From Planctomycetota bacterium (GTDB taxonomy: Bacteria > Planctomycetota > UBA8108 > SXIK01), in contig CBDCXR010000004.1 of assembly GCA_965223845.1 (NCBI GenBank), positions 6,240,001 to 6,304,000 of the forward strand: 64,000 nucleotides of DNA, given 5' to 3'. Below, one piece after another: positions 12,967-22,763 of the stretch; positions within the stretch are counted from its first letter, which is position 1; every line of letters begins with the position of its first letter. A program made the translations under genes and the position numbers. Under the pieces are notes generated by a model. The model was not told the DNA's origin and did not search any database. It saw nothing but the letters and a program-made list of their open reading frames with translations.

Positions 12967-14166
12967 ATGAATCCGTCCCTTCGTTTGCTGTCTCCGGTCG
13001 GTGCTGTGGGGTTGGCGGTCGCTGCGCTCTCGCTGTCGACGCCTGCGTTCGGGGTCGACCTCTTCTGGTCGGGGAGAGTGGACGACGGCGATCGCGAGGG
13101 CGTGTTCGTGCGAGATCTTTCCGGGGGCGGCGAGGATCGCGTCCTCGCCCACGTGGAAGGCCAAGTGGGCGCGATCGCGATCGACGAGCCGAAACGAACG
13201 CTCTACTGGACGACGCGAGATGGCGCGAGCCGCGAGAGCGAAATCTGGCGGGCGGACCTCGACGGCGATGGCGCGGAGCGATTCTGGACGTCGCCCGACG
13301 CCATCCCCGCGCTCGCGCTCGACTCCGTCCACGGTTTCTTGTACGCCGGCACGTCGGACGGCCTTCGGCGGTTCGATCTCGACACCGGCGAGATCGAACC
13401 GCTGAGCCGCGAGATTTGGACGGGCCAGGTCGCGGTCGATCCGGAGCGCGGAGCGCTCTTCTGGATCGCGCCCGCGCCGGTCGAGCCCGGTCGCTACGGA
13501 CCGCCGTCGGTCTGGCGATCGAATCTCTTCGGCGAGGACCCCGAGCTCGTCGTTCGCCCGCAGTCGCTCACGGGCGACCTCGGTCTCGCGCTCGACACTC
13601 GAGCGGGAAAGGTGTACTGGGCAGCCGTCGACTACGCCGAGTGTTCCTTGGTGGAACGCATCAGCCGCGCGAATTACGACGGCCGCGACGCGGAGGTCGT
13701 CTTCTGCGGCGGGCCGACGCTCGATGACTTTCCGAGCGAGATCGCAGTCGATCCGAACTCGAGCCGCGTCTTCTGGCAGAACTCCGAGATCACGCCGGTC
13801 TTCGCGGTCGATTTCGCCGGTGCGAGAAACGTCGAGGTATTCCGCGTCGGCTCGCTACGCTCGATGGTCGTCGGTCCTCCGGAGCCGGGTCTCGAGTTCC
13901 TCCGCGGAGACGCGAACGGAGACGGCGCGGTGCAGCTCGCCGACGCGCTGCGAATCCTCGGGTGGCTCTTTCAAGGGAGCGCGATCCCGCCCTGCCTCGC
14001 CGCCGCCGACTCGAACGCCGACGCGTCGATCAACCTGAGCGACGCCACGTTCGTTCTCTATCACCTTTTTCTCGGACGCGAAGCTCTGCCGCCGCCGTTT
14101 CCCGCGTGCGGCGGGTCGACGCGCGGTGGCGACGTCGAGCTCGGCTGCGCGGCGCCCGGCTGCTGA
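12967..14166 (+). CDS. Secreted YWTD/LDL-receptor-like beta-propeller with a C-terminal dockerin-like domain
   Basis: Repeated (I/L)A(I/L/V)D...(L/V)YW units; C-terminus FLRGDANGDG...CLAAADSNAD...LFLG...PPPFPACG. Confidence 0.85.
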   Translation: MNPSLRLLSPVGAVGLAVAALSLSTPAFGVDLFWSGRVDDGDREGVFVRDLSGGGEDRVLAHVEGQVGAIAIDEPKRTLYWTTRDGASRESEIWRADLDGDGAERFWTSPDAIPALALDSVHGFLYAGTSDGLRRFDLDTGEIEPLSREIWTGQVAVDPERGALFWIAPAPVEPGRYGPPSVWRSNLFGEDPELVVRPQSLTGDLGLALDTRAGKVYWAAVDYAECSLVERISRANYDGRDAEVVFCGGPTLDDFPSEIAVDPNSSRVFWQNSEITPVFAVDFAGARNVEVFRVGSLRSMVVGPPEPGLEFLRGDANGDGAVQLADALRILGWLFQGSAIPPCLAAADSNADASINLSDATFVLYHLFLGREALPPPFPACGGSTRGGDVELGCAAPGC

Positions 14167-14590
14167 GGACGAGTTTTCCCTGGCGGCTTTGCGCCGACCT
14201 CTGGTACCTTCCGCGGCGCCAGAGAGGAGCGGGCGGCCGCGAGATTTCGTTGCCGTCCGATGCGAAGTTCCACCTTGAGCGACGAGGCGTCGGCTCTCGG
14301 TCGGACCGAGCAGCTGGCGCCTCGGAAGGAAAGTGGCGACGGCCGCGATCGGGTGCGATAGATGTCCGTACCACTCGGGTACGGCGTCGACCGCGGCCGC
14401 GGTCGAGCAGCGGTCCGAGGCGGAAAAGAAGATCCGGCGCCGACGGTGTCTCCGACCTCGGTCGGGTGGCTGCCGGCGGCGCCTCGGTACGGCTCACGGC
14501 CTGGCGCCGTCGCCGCTCGCCGGTCGATCCGTCTGCGCTGTAGGCGCGACCGGAGAGTGAGTCGCCGCGAGGCCTTCGTGAGGAGGCTCC

Positions 14591-17500
14591 ATGCGAGCGA
14601 TTACGTTCTTTCTCGTCGTCTTCGTCTCGACGCTCAGCATTTTTCTCCTGACGACGGGCGAGGTGCAGCGCTGGTTCAACCCGTCGCCCGCGAAGACGCT
14701 GAAGAGTTTCGACGCGCCGGAGACGCCGCCCGACGAGAAGAATCTTCTCTACTTCCCGTTCTACAACACCGACCGCGGGGTCCTCGGTTTCACGATCGCG
14801 GCGGAGCTCAGCCAGACGAATATCGGCGCCGGCGAGAAGATCGACCAGATCCGTCAGCTCACCCTGCGGAACGGGACGCTCGAGATTCCGGTGGAAGGCG
14901 GTCTCGAGCTCGCCGGCGGCGAGGGCTCGGCGCCCGCGACGGGCGGGCACATCGCGCTTCGGTTCGAGACGGCGGAGTGGGAGCAGGAGCAGAAGGCTGA
15001 CGCCGGCGCCAAGCGCTCGAAAGAACCTGCGAGCGTCGTCCTTCACAACGGCCAGGGGCAGACCGCCGACGGCTATTCATTCGATTTCAAGAAGCTACTC
15101 TTTCACTACAGCGGCAGCGGAGTCGCCGAAAACGAGGTCTACGAAGTACGCTCTACAGAATCTGTAGCAATTCGTAGCGACGCTTTTGAGCTGCGCAGTC
15201 AAAATGGACTACGCGGACGACTGAGCAGCGATGGGAACGGACTCGATTCCCTCACCTTCGCACCGCCCGTCGTCGCCGCGCTCGATCCGGAGCGCGCGCC
15301 CTTCTTCGGTGCGAACATCGAGGCCGCCGCGCCGGACGGAGTTGCGGATCGGGCGAGCGGCCGCCGACTGTGGATCGTGAGCGACGGACCGCTCGAGTTT
15401 CGGATGGAGGAGGGGAAGACGCGGCGAACGCGGATTCGCTTCACGAAGAGCGTCGCTCTGTATCCCCTCGCGGCCGGGGCGACGCTCGAGCCGAGCCGGC
15501 GCCCGGCCGGCGGGACGCGATTCGAGTGCGGCGACCTCGAGCTTGTCTTTCGCCAAGACGGTCGGCGGATGGTGCCAGAGTCGGCGCTCGCCGTGCGCGA
15601 GAACGGCCGCGTCCGCTCGGTCTTCGCGCACGAAAGTGGCGAGGAGTACGTAGTCGAGGCCGATCAACTCGAGTGGCGCGGGGACAACCCTGAGAAAGAG
15701 ACTGCCGCGGGCGACGGGTCGAAGCGTGCGATCGCGGGGGAAGCGATCCTCTCCGGTCGACCGACGCTGCGGGGCGGCGGGAGCGATTTCGTCGCCAAGG
15801 ACGCACGGCTGCGCCTGAGCGAGGGCCGACTCACGCTGCGCGACGTGGAAGGCACGATGGCGCTCCCGAAGCGGCGGGGGAAGGAGGCCGAGTCGCCGCG
15901 AATCGCTCCGCTCGACGGCTCTCGGGCGACCGAAGAGACCCTCGCGCGGGCGCGGCTCCCAGATGAGTGGACCATGCGCGCCGAAGAGGCGACGTTCCGG
16001 TTCGCCGAGGGAGAGGACGGCGAGCGAGAGTTCTCGGAGTTCGTTGCGGTGTCGCCGCAGTCCGGGCTCGTCGAGGTGCTGAGCGCGGCGAGCGACGACC
16101 GTTCGATCTCTCTCAAGTCGGAGAAGATCCGCTACGACCGAGACGCGCGTGAGCTTCGGTTCGAGGGCGTTCGGCAGCCGGTCCTTTCGGACGGGAGGAA
16201 TACGATCGAAGCGGATCGCATCCGGCTCCTCCTCGAGAAGGATCGAGAGTTGGCTCTGTTCGAGGGGGCCGTGCGCGCGCAAATCGCCGACGTGAGCGAG
16301 CTGCCGGCGGGGGTGGATGCGAGTGCCGGGGCGCTCAAGGGTCGTCTCGGCGGGGGGCGCGGCTTCGAGTTGACTTCGAACGAGCTTCAGGTCGGGTTCG
16401 ATCCGGAGCTGAACGGGGTCGGCTACTTGCGGGCGAACGGTACGGCGCGCGTTCCGGCGCGCGTGATCGAGCTTCCCGAAGAGGGTGAGAAGGTTCCGGG
16501 GCTCGTGCTCGAGGGGGCTCAGCTCGAGCTCGACCAGCTCAAGCAGCGCGCGTCGGTGTGGGGCACGGTGAGTGAAGACGCGGGCGGCGCGTCTCGCCCG
16601 CGGCTCGCGGTTCTTCGCCGGGGGCGAGAGACGCTGCGCGCCGAGCAGATCACGTTCGCGGGCGAGACGGGGATCGTCAAGCTCGACCGGACCGTGAGTC
16701 TCCAGAGCGAACAGGATCGGGGCGAGCTGACGATCGAGATGGCGACGGCGGTCGTCGTGCTGCGGAAGAAGAACGGTTCCACCACCGAGCCCCCGAGCGA
16801 CGGTCAGGCCGCGAAATCCGGACCGCCGGACGGGGGGATCCTGTTCGAGGCGCTGCGAGACGTCGACACCATGACGGCCGAGGGAGACGTCGATCGCCCG
16901 ATCGTGATCACCGCGAAATCAGACGGCGGTCGCTCGATCGTCGCGCGCTCGCAGCGCGCCGAGTGGAGCGGGGACAAGCTCGAGCTGCGGCTCTTCGGTG
17001 ACGAGCGCCAGCAGATCGATCTCGCCGACGATCGCTTCGCCGGGCCGATTCACGCGCGGGAGATCGTCTACGAGGAGACGACGCGGCGGGTCGTGCTGCG
17101 GGGCGACGTCAAGGGCGAGCTGCGGCAGCGCCACGAGGCGAAGGAGAATCTCGAGCACGTCTGGACCTTTGCGACGACGCGGTTCGATCTCCACCTCGAG
17201 CGGGGGGAGAAGGGGCCGGAGCTCAAGTCCGCCCACGCTCGGGGCGACGTCCACCTCACCGACCGTCGGTTCGGGCTCCAGCTCCTCGGCGACGCGCTCG
17301 ACTTCGACGAGGCCACGCGCCGGGTGCGGATTTTTTCTCCGAACGGGCGGCCGCAGACGTTTTATCGGCTGGCCCCCACCGCCGAAGGCTCGGAGGCGAC
17401 GCGCGAGACTCCGGACAAGATCACGGCCCAGGAGATCGTTCTCCAGCCGCACGAAGATCCCGACGCGCGCTTCGGCCAGCCGAGCCACTGGCTGCTCGTC

Positions 17501-17896
17501 CGCTTCCGCAACGACGTGAAGGCCGTGTTCCACCCGCCGCCTTCCGTCGCCCGCCGCACTCGCGGAAAGTCGCGCGGTCGGCGGTTTCCCCTCCCCGACG
17601 AAGCGTGGAAGCTCGACACGGACGAGATCGTCCTCTACGTCGATCCGTCCCAGGGCTGGGGCCCGAAGTCGGTGCCGTGGGCGATCTGTGAGGGGAGCGT
17701 CGTCTTCCAGTCCGGGGACTACACCGGAACCGCAGCGAGCGCGCGGTACGAGGAGGGGCTTCAGAAGCTGACGCTGCGCGGCCGTCCCGTCCGCCTCACA
17801 GTCGCGGCGGAGACGTTCGAGGGGCGTTCGATCACGGTGCGCCGGGAGAGCGACCACGTTCTCATCGAGGTCGAGGACGACGGGCGAAACCGCTGA
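14591..17896 (+). CDS. Large membrane-anchored beta-rich protein, LptC/LptA (OstA)-like
   Basis: N-terminal TM followed by recurring beta-jellyroll-like units (IEADRIRL, LRAEQITF, IHAREIVYEETTRRVVLRGDV, ARGDVHL, ARYEEGLQKLTLRGRP). Confidence 0.6.
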   Translation: MRAITFFLVVFVSTLSIFLLTTGEVQRWFNPSPAKTLKSFDAPETPPDEKNLLYFPFYNTDRGVLGFTIAAELSQTNIGAGEKIDQIRQLTLRNGTLEIPVEGGLELAGGEGSAPATGGHIALRFETAEWEQEQKADAGAKRSKEPASVVLHNGQGQTADGYSFDFKKLLFHYSGSGVAENEVYEVRSTESVAIRSDAFELRSQNGLRGRLSSDGNGLDSLTFAPPVVAALDPERAPFFGANIEAAAPDGVADRASGRRLWIVSDGPLEFRMEEGKTRRTRIRFTKSVALYPLAAGATLEPSRRPAGGTRFECGDLELVFRQDGRRMVPESALAVRENGRVRSVFAHESGEEYVVEADQLEWRGDNPEKETAAGDGSKRAIAGEAILSGRPTLRGGGSDFVAKDARLRLSEGRLTLRDVEGTMALPKRRGKEAESPRIAPLDGSRATEETLARARLPDEWTMRAEEATFRFAEGEDGEREFSEFVAVSPQSGLVEVLSAASDDRSISLKSEKIRYDRDARELRFEGVRQPVLSDGRNTIEADRIRLLLEKDRELALFEGAVRAQIADVSELPAGVDASAGALKGRLGGGRGFELTSNELQVGFDPELNGVGYLRANGTARVPARVIELPEEGEKVPGLVLEGAQLELDQLKQRASVWGTVSEDAGGASRPRLAVLRRGRETLRAEQITFAGETGIVKLDRTVSLQSEQDRGELTIEMATAVVVLRKKNGSTTEPPSDGQAAKSGPPDGGILFEALRDVDTMTAEGDVDRPIVITAKSDGGRSIVARSQRAEWSGDKLELRLFGDERQQIDLADDRFAGPIHAREIVYEETTRRVVLRGDVKGELRQRHEAKENLEHVWTFATTRFDLHLERGEKGPELKSAHARGDVHLTDRRFGLQLLGDALDFDEATRRVRIFSPNGRPQTFYRLAPTAEGSEATRETPDKITAQEIVLQPHEDPDARFGQPSHWLLVRFRNDVKAVFHPPPSVARRTRGKSRGRRFPLPDEAWKLDTDEIVLYVDPSQGWGPKSVPWAICEGSVVFQSGDYTGTAASARYEEGLQKLTLRGRPVRLTVAAETFEGRSITVRRESDHVLIEVEDDGRNR

Positions 17897-17992
17897 GCGG
17901 GTAGAATTCGGCCTACGTTTTCCGCGCTGGGGTGACGCGGCCGCGGATCTCGTGTGAGAATCTCCTCGTCCTGCCGAAGATGGTGAGGATGG

Positions 17993-18754
17993 ATGAACCT
18001 CCCGATCCCGACCCGCCCGCCCGGCGCCTCACGGCAGCCGATCCCCGTGAAAGGACCCTCGATGCTCCCCCTCCCGCGAGCCGCTGACTCGAGCGGCGCG
18101 TCCGCCGCCCCGTCGTGCCGTCCGTCCGTCTTCCTGCACCGTTCGATTTGCTCGGCGGCGTTCGTCCTCGTTTCGCTCGCCGCCGGCTGCAGCTCCCCCA
18201 CCCCGGCGCTCTTCAACCGCGGCGACGGGCTGCGCGAAAAGACCGTGCTGATCGTGCCGTTCAGCGAGCTGACGCAAAACCGCTGGTACGGCGAGTCCGG
18301 CCGCGGGGTGTTCCTCGCCGGTGCGCTCAGAGGCTGGGTCGCACGCGAGTGGGAGGCGGGCTTCGCCGACTCGCAGGACGAGGACATGATCATCGATCGC
18401 GTCCGCGATTGGCCCCGCGAAACGATCAGCTCCGCGGAGTGGCGGTCGCTCGTCCGAAAGACGAACGTCGAGTACGTCGTCGTCGGCGATCTGAAGTCGG
18501 TTCGGCTCAAGAGCACGCACCGGATCAATCTCCTCGACGCCGAAGCCACCGTGCGCTACCGCGTGATCGACGCGGTCCGCGGGAAGGAGGTCTTCGTTCA
18601 GCGGAACAAATCGGTCACGCTCGGCGGCCGAACGGACGAGATCGATATCCCGATTCTCGAGATGGGGTCAGACGAGAAGAAGGTGGAGATGCGACTTCTC
18701 GCGACGACGGCGAAGCAGATCGGGAAGGAATTGTATGGATACCACCGCGATTGA
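17993..18754 (+). CDS. Lipoprotein, possibly CsgG/PelC/LptE-like alpha/beta fold
   Basis: Lipobox LAAGC and KTVLIVPF...VEYVVVGDL...VRYRVIDAVRGKEVF pattern. True start is probably further downstream. Confidence 0.6.
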   Translation: MNLPIPTRPPGASRQPIPVKGPSMLPLPRAADSSGASAAPSCRPSVFLHRSICSAAFVLVSLAAGCSSPTPALFNRGDGLREKTVLIVPFSELTQNRWYGESGRGVFLAGALRGWVAREWEAGFADSQDEDMIIDRVRDWPRETISSAEWRSLVRKTNVEYVVVGDLKSVRLKSTHRINLLDAEATVRYRVIDAVRGKEVFVQRNKSVTLGGRTDEIDIPILEMGSDEKKVEMRLLATTAKQIGKELYGYHRD

Positions 18755-19087
18755 GCGTAGAATTTCGGACGGGTCCGTACGTTTCCGAGGGTGATTCCGA
18801 TCGCCTTCGAGCCGCCGTGAGTTCGCTCCGAGGACCTCACGTGCGCCGATCGGGCCGAGCTACTTTCGAGTGAGAGATCGCGGGGCAGATCGAAGCTTCG
18901 ATCGGGCGTCATTCGCGCAACTGGTTGCTATATAAGGCTTTAGGTCCGCGCGGGACGACAGAGATCTCTCCCCCCTCTGGTCGGAGGGTGCCGGGCGGCT
19001 AGGAGCCGGCGGCTCCCTCTCGCGTTGACCGGACGGGAGCTTGTCCATGCGAACGCGTCTGCGTTCTCTCAATTCTCGAGTGCAGCC

Positions 19088-19387
19088 ATGCTCACTGTCT
19101 CCAGCCTAGCTGTCGTCGATTCGTGGATTTCGGGATTCTTCGTGGCGTGGGCCCCCGGCCCACTCGAGCTCGTCATTATCGGGATTGTCGGCTTGCTGAT
19201 CTTCGGCAAGCGTCTGCCCGAGATCGCCCGCAATCTCGGGCGAGGTGTCGTCGAGTTCAAGAAGGGGATCCGAAACGTCGAGGACGACATCGATACCGCC
19301 GGCGAGTATCAGCCTCCTTCCCCGCCGAAGCAGGTCGGCGACGGAAGCCGGCGGGACGACGAAGTCGGCGCGGCCCGAAACGACTGA
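19088..19387 (+). CDS. tatA: Twin-arginine translocase TatA/E subunit
   Basis: GPLELVIIGIVGLLIFGKRLPEIARNLGRGVVEFKKG is the canonical TatA TM-hinge-amphipathic helix. Confidence 0.92.
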   Translation: MLTVSSLAVVDSWISGFFVAWAPGPLELVIIGIVGLLIFGKRLPEIARNLGRGVVEFKKGIRNVEDDIDTAGEYQPPSPPKQVGDGSRRDDEVGAARND

Positions 19388-19397
19388 CCGAGTCGTC

Positions 19398-20120
19398 TCA
19401 GCGACCGTGACGAAGACGCTCGCCGAGGGCGAGCGGAAGTCCGGCTTTCTGGAACTTGTGTACCGCCGCGTCGATGTCGTACGGGAAGCGGCAGAGACGA
19501 ACGTGCGCCTGATCCGTGTCGAACAGTGCACAGGATGCCCGCGGGTCGCGATCGCGCGGTTGCCCCACGCTCCCGACGTTCACGATCGTCTGATCCGCTG
19601 CGCGTAGCGAGATCTCCGTCTCCAGCGTGTACGAGATCACCTCGGTCTGAACGAAGGTCACCGGCACGTGAGAGTGGCCGATGAAGCAGACGGCGTTCTG
19701 CATATACGCCATCGAAAGCGACGCGTCGTACGTCGTCTGCACGTAATCGAAAAGCTCGGGCGAGCAGAGAGTTCCGTGCACGACGTCGAGCCCGTCCAGG
19801 TGGTGGACGAGCGGGAGGCTTCCCAGGTAGTTCACGTCGTCGCTCGAGAGCTTGTCGCGTGTCCAGATCGTCGCCTCGCGGGCCAGCGCGTTGAAGTTCG
19901 CGATGCTGAGCTTATCTGCGACGGCGAGGTCGTGATTCCCGGCGACCACGTAGCTCGAGATCTTGCGCACGCGGTTCAGGCATTCCGCCGGCTCGGGGCC
20001 GTAGCCAACGATGTCACCGAGGCAGATGAACTCGTCGACCCCTTCTCGTTCGAGGCCGGCGACAACGGCCTCGAGCGCATCGAGGTTGCCGTGAACGTCT
20101 GAAATGATGCCGTAGCGCAC
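19398..20120 (-). CDS. Calcineurin-like metallophosphoesterase
   Basis: ISDVHGN, LGDIVGYG, GNHD, GHSH and NVGSVGQPRD motifs. GTG start at 20120. Confidence 0.93.
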   Translation of the reverse strand: MRYGIISDVHGNLDALEAVVAGLEREGVDEFICLGDIVGYGPEPAECLNRVRKISSYVVAGNHDLAVADKLSIANFNALAREATIWTRDKLSSDDVNYLGSLPLVHHLDGLDVVHGTLCSPELFDYVQTTYDASLSMAYMQNAVCFIGHSHVPVTFVQTEVISYTLETEISLRAADQTIVNVGSVGQPRDRDPRASCALFDTDQAHVRLCRFPYDIDAAVHKFQKAGLPLALGERLRHGR

Positions 20121-20329
20121 CGTGCTGATCCTCTCGCGTCCGACTTCAGCTGGAGTCCTTTGGTCAGGAAAGTATAGGACACGACTTCGATCCGCGCCGG
20201 TTTCCGTGCCGAATCGATGGATTGATGCGGAGGCGAGCACGTAAGGCACTATCCTAAAGCGAGATAGGTGTCTTCCGCGAACGTCCCCCGCGTGCGCGCC
20301 GCCGAACTGAGTTCGCCGGCGCGATGCGA

Positions 20330-20902
20330 TGTTCCACGTGGAACATTTTGGGCCGCAGTCGGGCGTTTTCAGCTTCGTTCGAATCGCGTCAGTCAAACTC
20401 ATGCGTTTCTCCGGCAGAGGTTGACGCGCGAGCGGGGCCCCCAAATCCGTTCGACAGGATGTTCCACGTGGAACATCGGCCGATCCACGGCCGTCGGATG
20501 CGTTTCCAGGTTGGCTCAGTCGCGGGTGAGCGCCAAGCGCGCTCGTCCCCGGGTGGATTCAGATGTTCCACGTGGAACATTCCGTCTCCTGGGATCTTCG
20601 GGGCTCCGCGATCGGCGCCGCGGATGTTCCACGTGGAACATTCCTTCATCCGGGACCTCCCGGTGTCCCGCGATCAGCGCGATGCGATGTTCCACGTGGA
20701 ACATTCCTTCATCCGGGACCTCCCGGCGTCCCGCGATCAGCGCGAGGCGATGTTCCACGTGGAACATTCCTTCATCCGGGACCTCCCGGCGTCCCGCGAT
20801 CAGCGCGCCGCGGATGTTCCACGTGGAACATCTGAGGCGGGATCCACGATGTTCCACGTGGAACATCGTCCGCTGAGTAAGTTCGATGTTCCACGTGGAA
20901 CA
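20330..20902. promoter_or_regulatory. parS: parS cluster: nine perfect TGTTCCACGTGGAACA palindromes
   Basis: Copies start at 20330, 20460, 20564, 20625, 20688, 20751, 20815, 20850 and 20887. They match the bacterial parS consensus and lie directly upstream of parA-parB. Confidence 0.96.
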
Positions 20903-20995
20903 TCCAGGCCCGTGACCCGCCTTCCCGTTGAAACGCGATTCGAAGGCCCCTATGATCGCCGTCTGGATCCCCGGAAGTGGAGGAATGCGAGGATC

Positions 20996-21772
20996 TTGGT
21001 AGAGTGCATCACGATCGCAAGTCAGAAGGGCGGAGTGGGGAAGACCACCACCGCGGTGAATCTCGCCGCTAGCCTGGCGCTTGCTGAGCGACGGGTGCTC
21101 CTCGTGGATCTCGACCCGCAAGGAAACGCGGCGAGCGGGATAGGCCTCGCTGAGGGTGAAGTCCCGGATCGTGGGGGATTCGTGTCGGCGGCGCTTGCAG
21201 AGGAGGATCTCTCGCCGTTCGCCGTGGGGACCCGGTACGAAAACCTCTCGGGTTTGTGTTCCCCCGCTGAGTTGTCTCAACTCCCGCTGATCCACAGCTT
21301 GCAGCAGGAGGACGGGCTCGATCGGTTCCGAAAAAGCCTACGGGCGGTCGCCGAGCAGTTCGATTTCCTCCTCTTCGACTGCCCGCCGTCCCTCGCGGGG
21401 CTTCCGAGCGTGGCTCTGTCCTGCAGCGACAAGGTGCTGATCCCGGTGCAGTGCGAGTACTACGCGATGGAAGGGCTGAGTCAGATTTTGCCAATAATAC
21501 AGAAATTGCAGAAAACTACAAATCGGGATCTGCGCGTTGGGGGCCTACTCCTCACGATGTTTTGCGAGGAGCTCGAGCTCGCGCGCGAAGTCGCGGGCGA
21601 AGTACGCGGGTATTTTGCTGCCGAGGTGTTCGAGAGTGTGATCCCGCGGGACGTCGTTCTCGCCGAGGCGTCGAGTCACGGCGTCCCGGCGTTTCACTAC
21701 TCCCCGCTTGCACGGGGGACTTGGGCGTACTTGGAGTTGGCGCGAGAGGTACTCGATCATGGCCGGGCGTAA
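20996..21772 (+). CDS. parA: Chromosome partitioning ATPase ParA/Soj
   Basis: Deviant Walker A QKGGVGKTT, DLDPQGNA, DCPP and IPVQCEYYAMEGL. TTG start inferred. Confidence 0.95.
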   Translation: MVECITIASQKGGVGKTTTAVNLAASLALAERRVLLVDLDPQGNAASGIGLAEGEVPDRGGFVSAALAEEDLSPFAVGTRYENLSGLCSPAELSQLPLIHSLQQEDGLDRFRKSLRAVAEQFDFLLFDCPPSLAGLPSVALSCSDKVLIPVQCEYYAMEGLSQILPIIQKLQKTTNRDLRVGGLLLTMFCEELELAREVAGEVRGYFAAEVFESVIPRDVVLAEASSHGVPAFHYSPLARGTWAYLELAREVLDHGRA

Positions 21773-22763
21773 ATTGGGCCGGGGGCTCGACATGCTGATC
21801 CGAAAGCGCGAGGCGGATTCGGATCTCGAAGGCGGGACTCGGCTTCCGCCCGTCGCGGACGCGGAGCAGGAACCTTCGGCGCCGACGACGGAGCCCGTCG
21901 CCGAGCCGGAGCCGGAACCCGAGCCTGAGGCCCAAGCCGAGGACGATCCCGTCCTGCGCGTGGTTGCGGTCGATCCAGCGAGCGTCGATGCGAACCCCGA
22001 GCAGCCACGTAAAGTATTTGAGCGAGGTGAGTTAGATAACCTCAAGGCGTCGATCGGCCGCGACGGCTTGCTGCAGCCGATCCTCGTTCGCCGGCTCGGG
22101 ACGGGCCGCCTGCAACTCGTGGCGGGCGAGCGCCGTCTGCGGGCGGCGCAAGAGCTCGAGCTCGAGGAGATCCCCGCGATCGTCGCTGAGGTCACCGACG
22201 ATCGGCTGCTCGAAGTCGCGCTCATCGAAAACATTCAGCGCCAGGACCTGAACCCGATCGAGACGGCGGCTGCCTACCGCAATCTCATGCGGGCGAAGCG
22301 GTGGACGCAGGAGGAGCTCGCGCGCGCGCTCGGAGTCGGTCGACCGAGCGTCTCGAACACGCTTCGCCTTCTCGATCTCCCCGCGGAGATGCAAAAGGCG
22401 CTCGCCGCCGGGCACATCAACATGGGGCACGCGAAAGTGCTCCTCGCCGTTGAGGACGACGAGGATCGCCGCGAGCTCTTCGAGCGTATCGCCGAGGAAC
22501 GTCTCTCGGTCCGTCAGCTCGAGGACGCCCGCGAGGAGGCGATGGCCGCCCGTTCGGACGGGGAGTCCGGCGGGCGACCGGAACGGCCCCGCCGGCGTCG
22601 CGATCCAAAGATCGCCGCCCTCGAGGAGGAGCTCCGCGCGTCGCTCGGGACGAAAGTCGTAATTCAGGAAGGCGCGCGAAAGGGGCGGGGACGCGTCACC
22701 ATCGAATTCTATTCCGCTGACGATTTTGAGCGGATCCGAACGCGGTTGCTCGCGCGGAGTTGA
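21759..22763 (+). CDS. parB: Chromosome partitioning CTPase ParB/Spo0J
   Basis: N-terminal LGRGL, NPEQPR, GLLQPILV, GERRLRA, ENIQRQDLNPIE and an HTH region. Confidence 0.96.
   Translation: MAGRKLGRGLDMLIRKREADSDLEGGTRLPPVADAEQEPSAPTTEPVAEPEPEPEPEAQAEDDPVLRVVAVDPASVDANPEQPRKVFERGELDNLKASIGRDGLLQPILVRRLGTGRLQLVAGERRLRAAQELELEEIPAIVAEVTDDRLLEVALIENIQRQDLNPIETAAAYRNLMRAKRWTQEELARALGVGRPSVSNTLRLLDLPAEMQKALAAGHINMGHAKVLLAVEDDEDRRELFERIAEERLSVRQLEDAREEAMAARSDGESGGRPERPRRRRDPKIAALEEELRASLGTKVVIQEGARKGRGRVTIEFYSADDFERIRTRLLARS

Noticed and set aside
20330-20902. CRISPR-like repeat-spacer array
   Set aside because: The repeats are 16-20-bp parS palindromes, spacing is irregular, several spacers are near-identical, no cas genes are present and parAB follows directly.
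20324-20995. Repeat-encoded N-terminal extension of ParA (MFHVEH/CSTWNI/DVPRGT peptides)
   Set aside because: These peptides are simply translations of the parS palindrome. ParA homology begins at about 20996.
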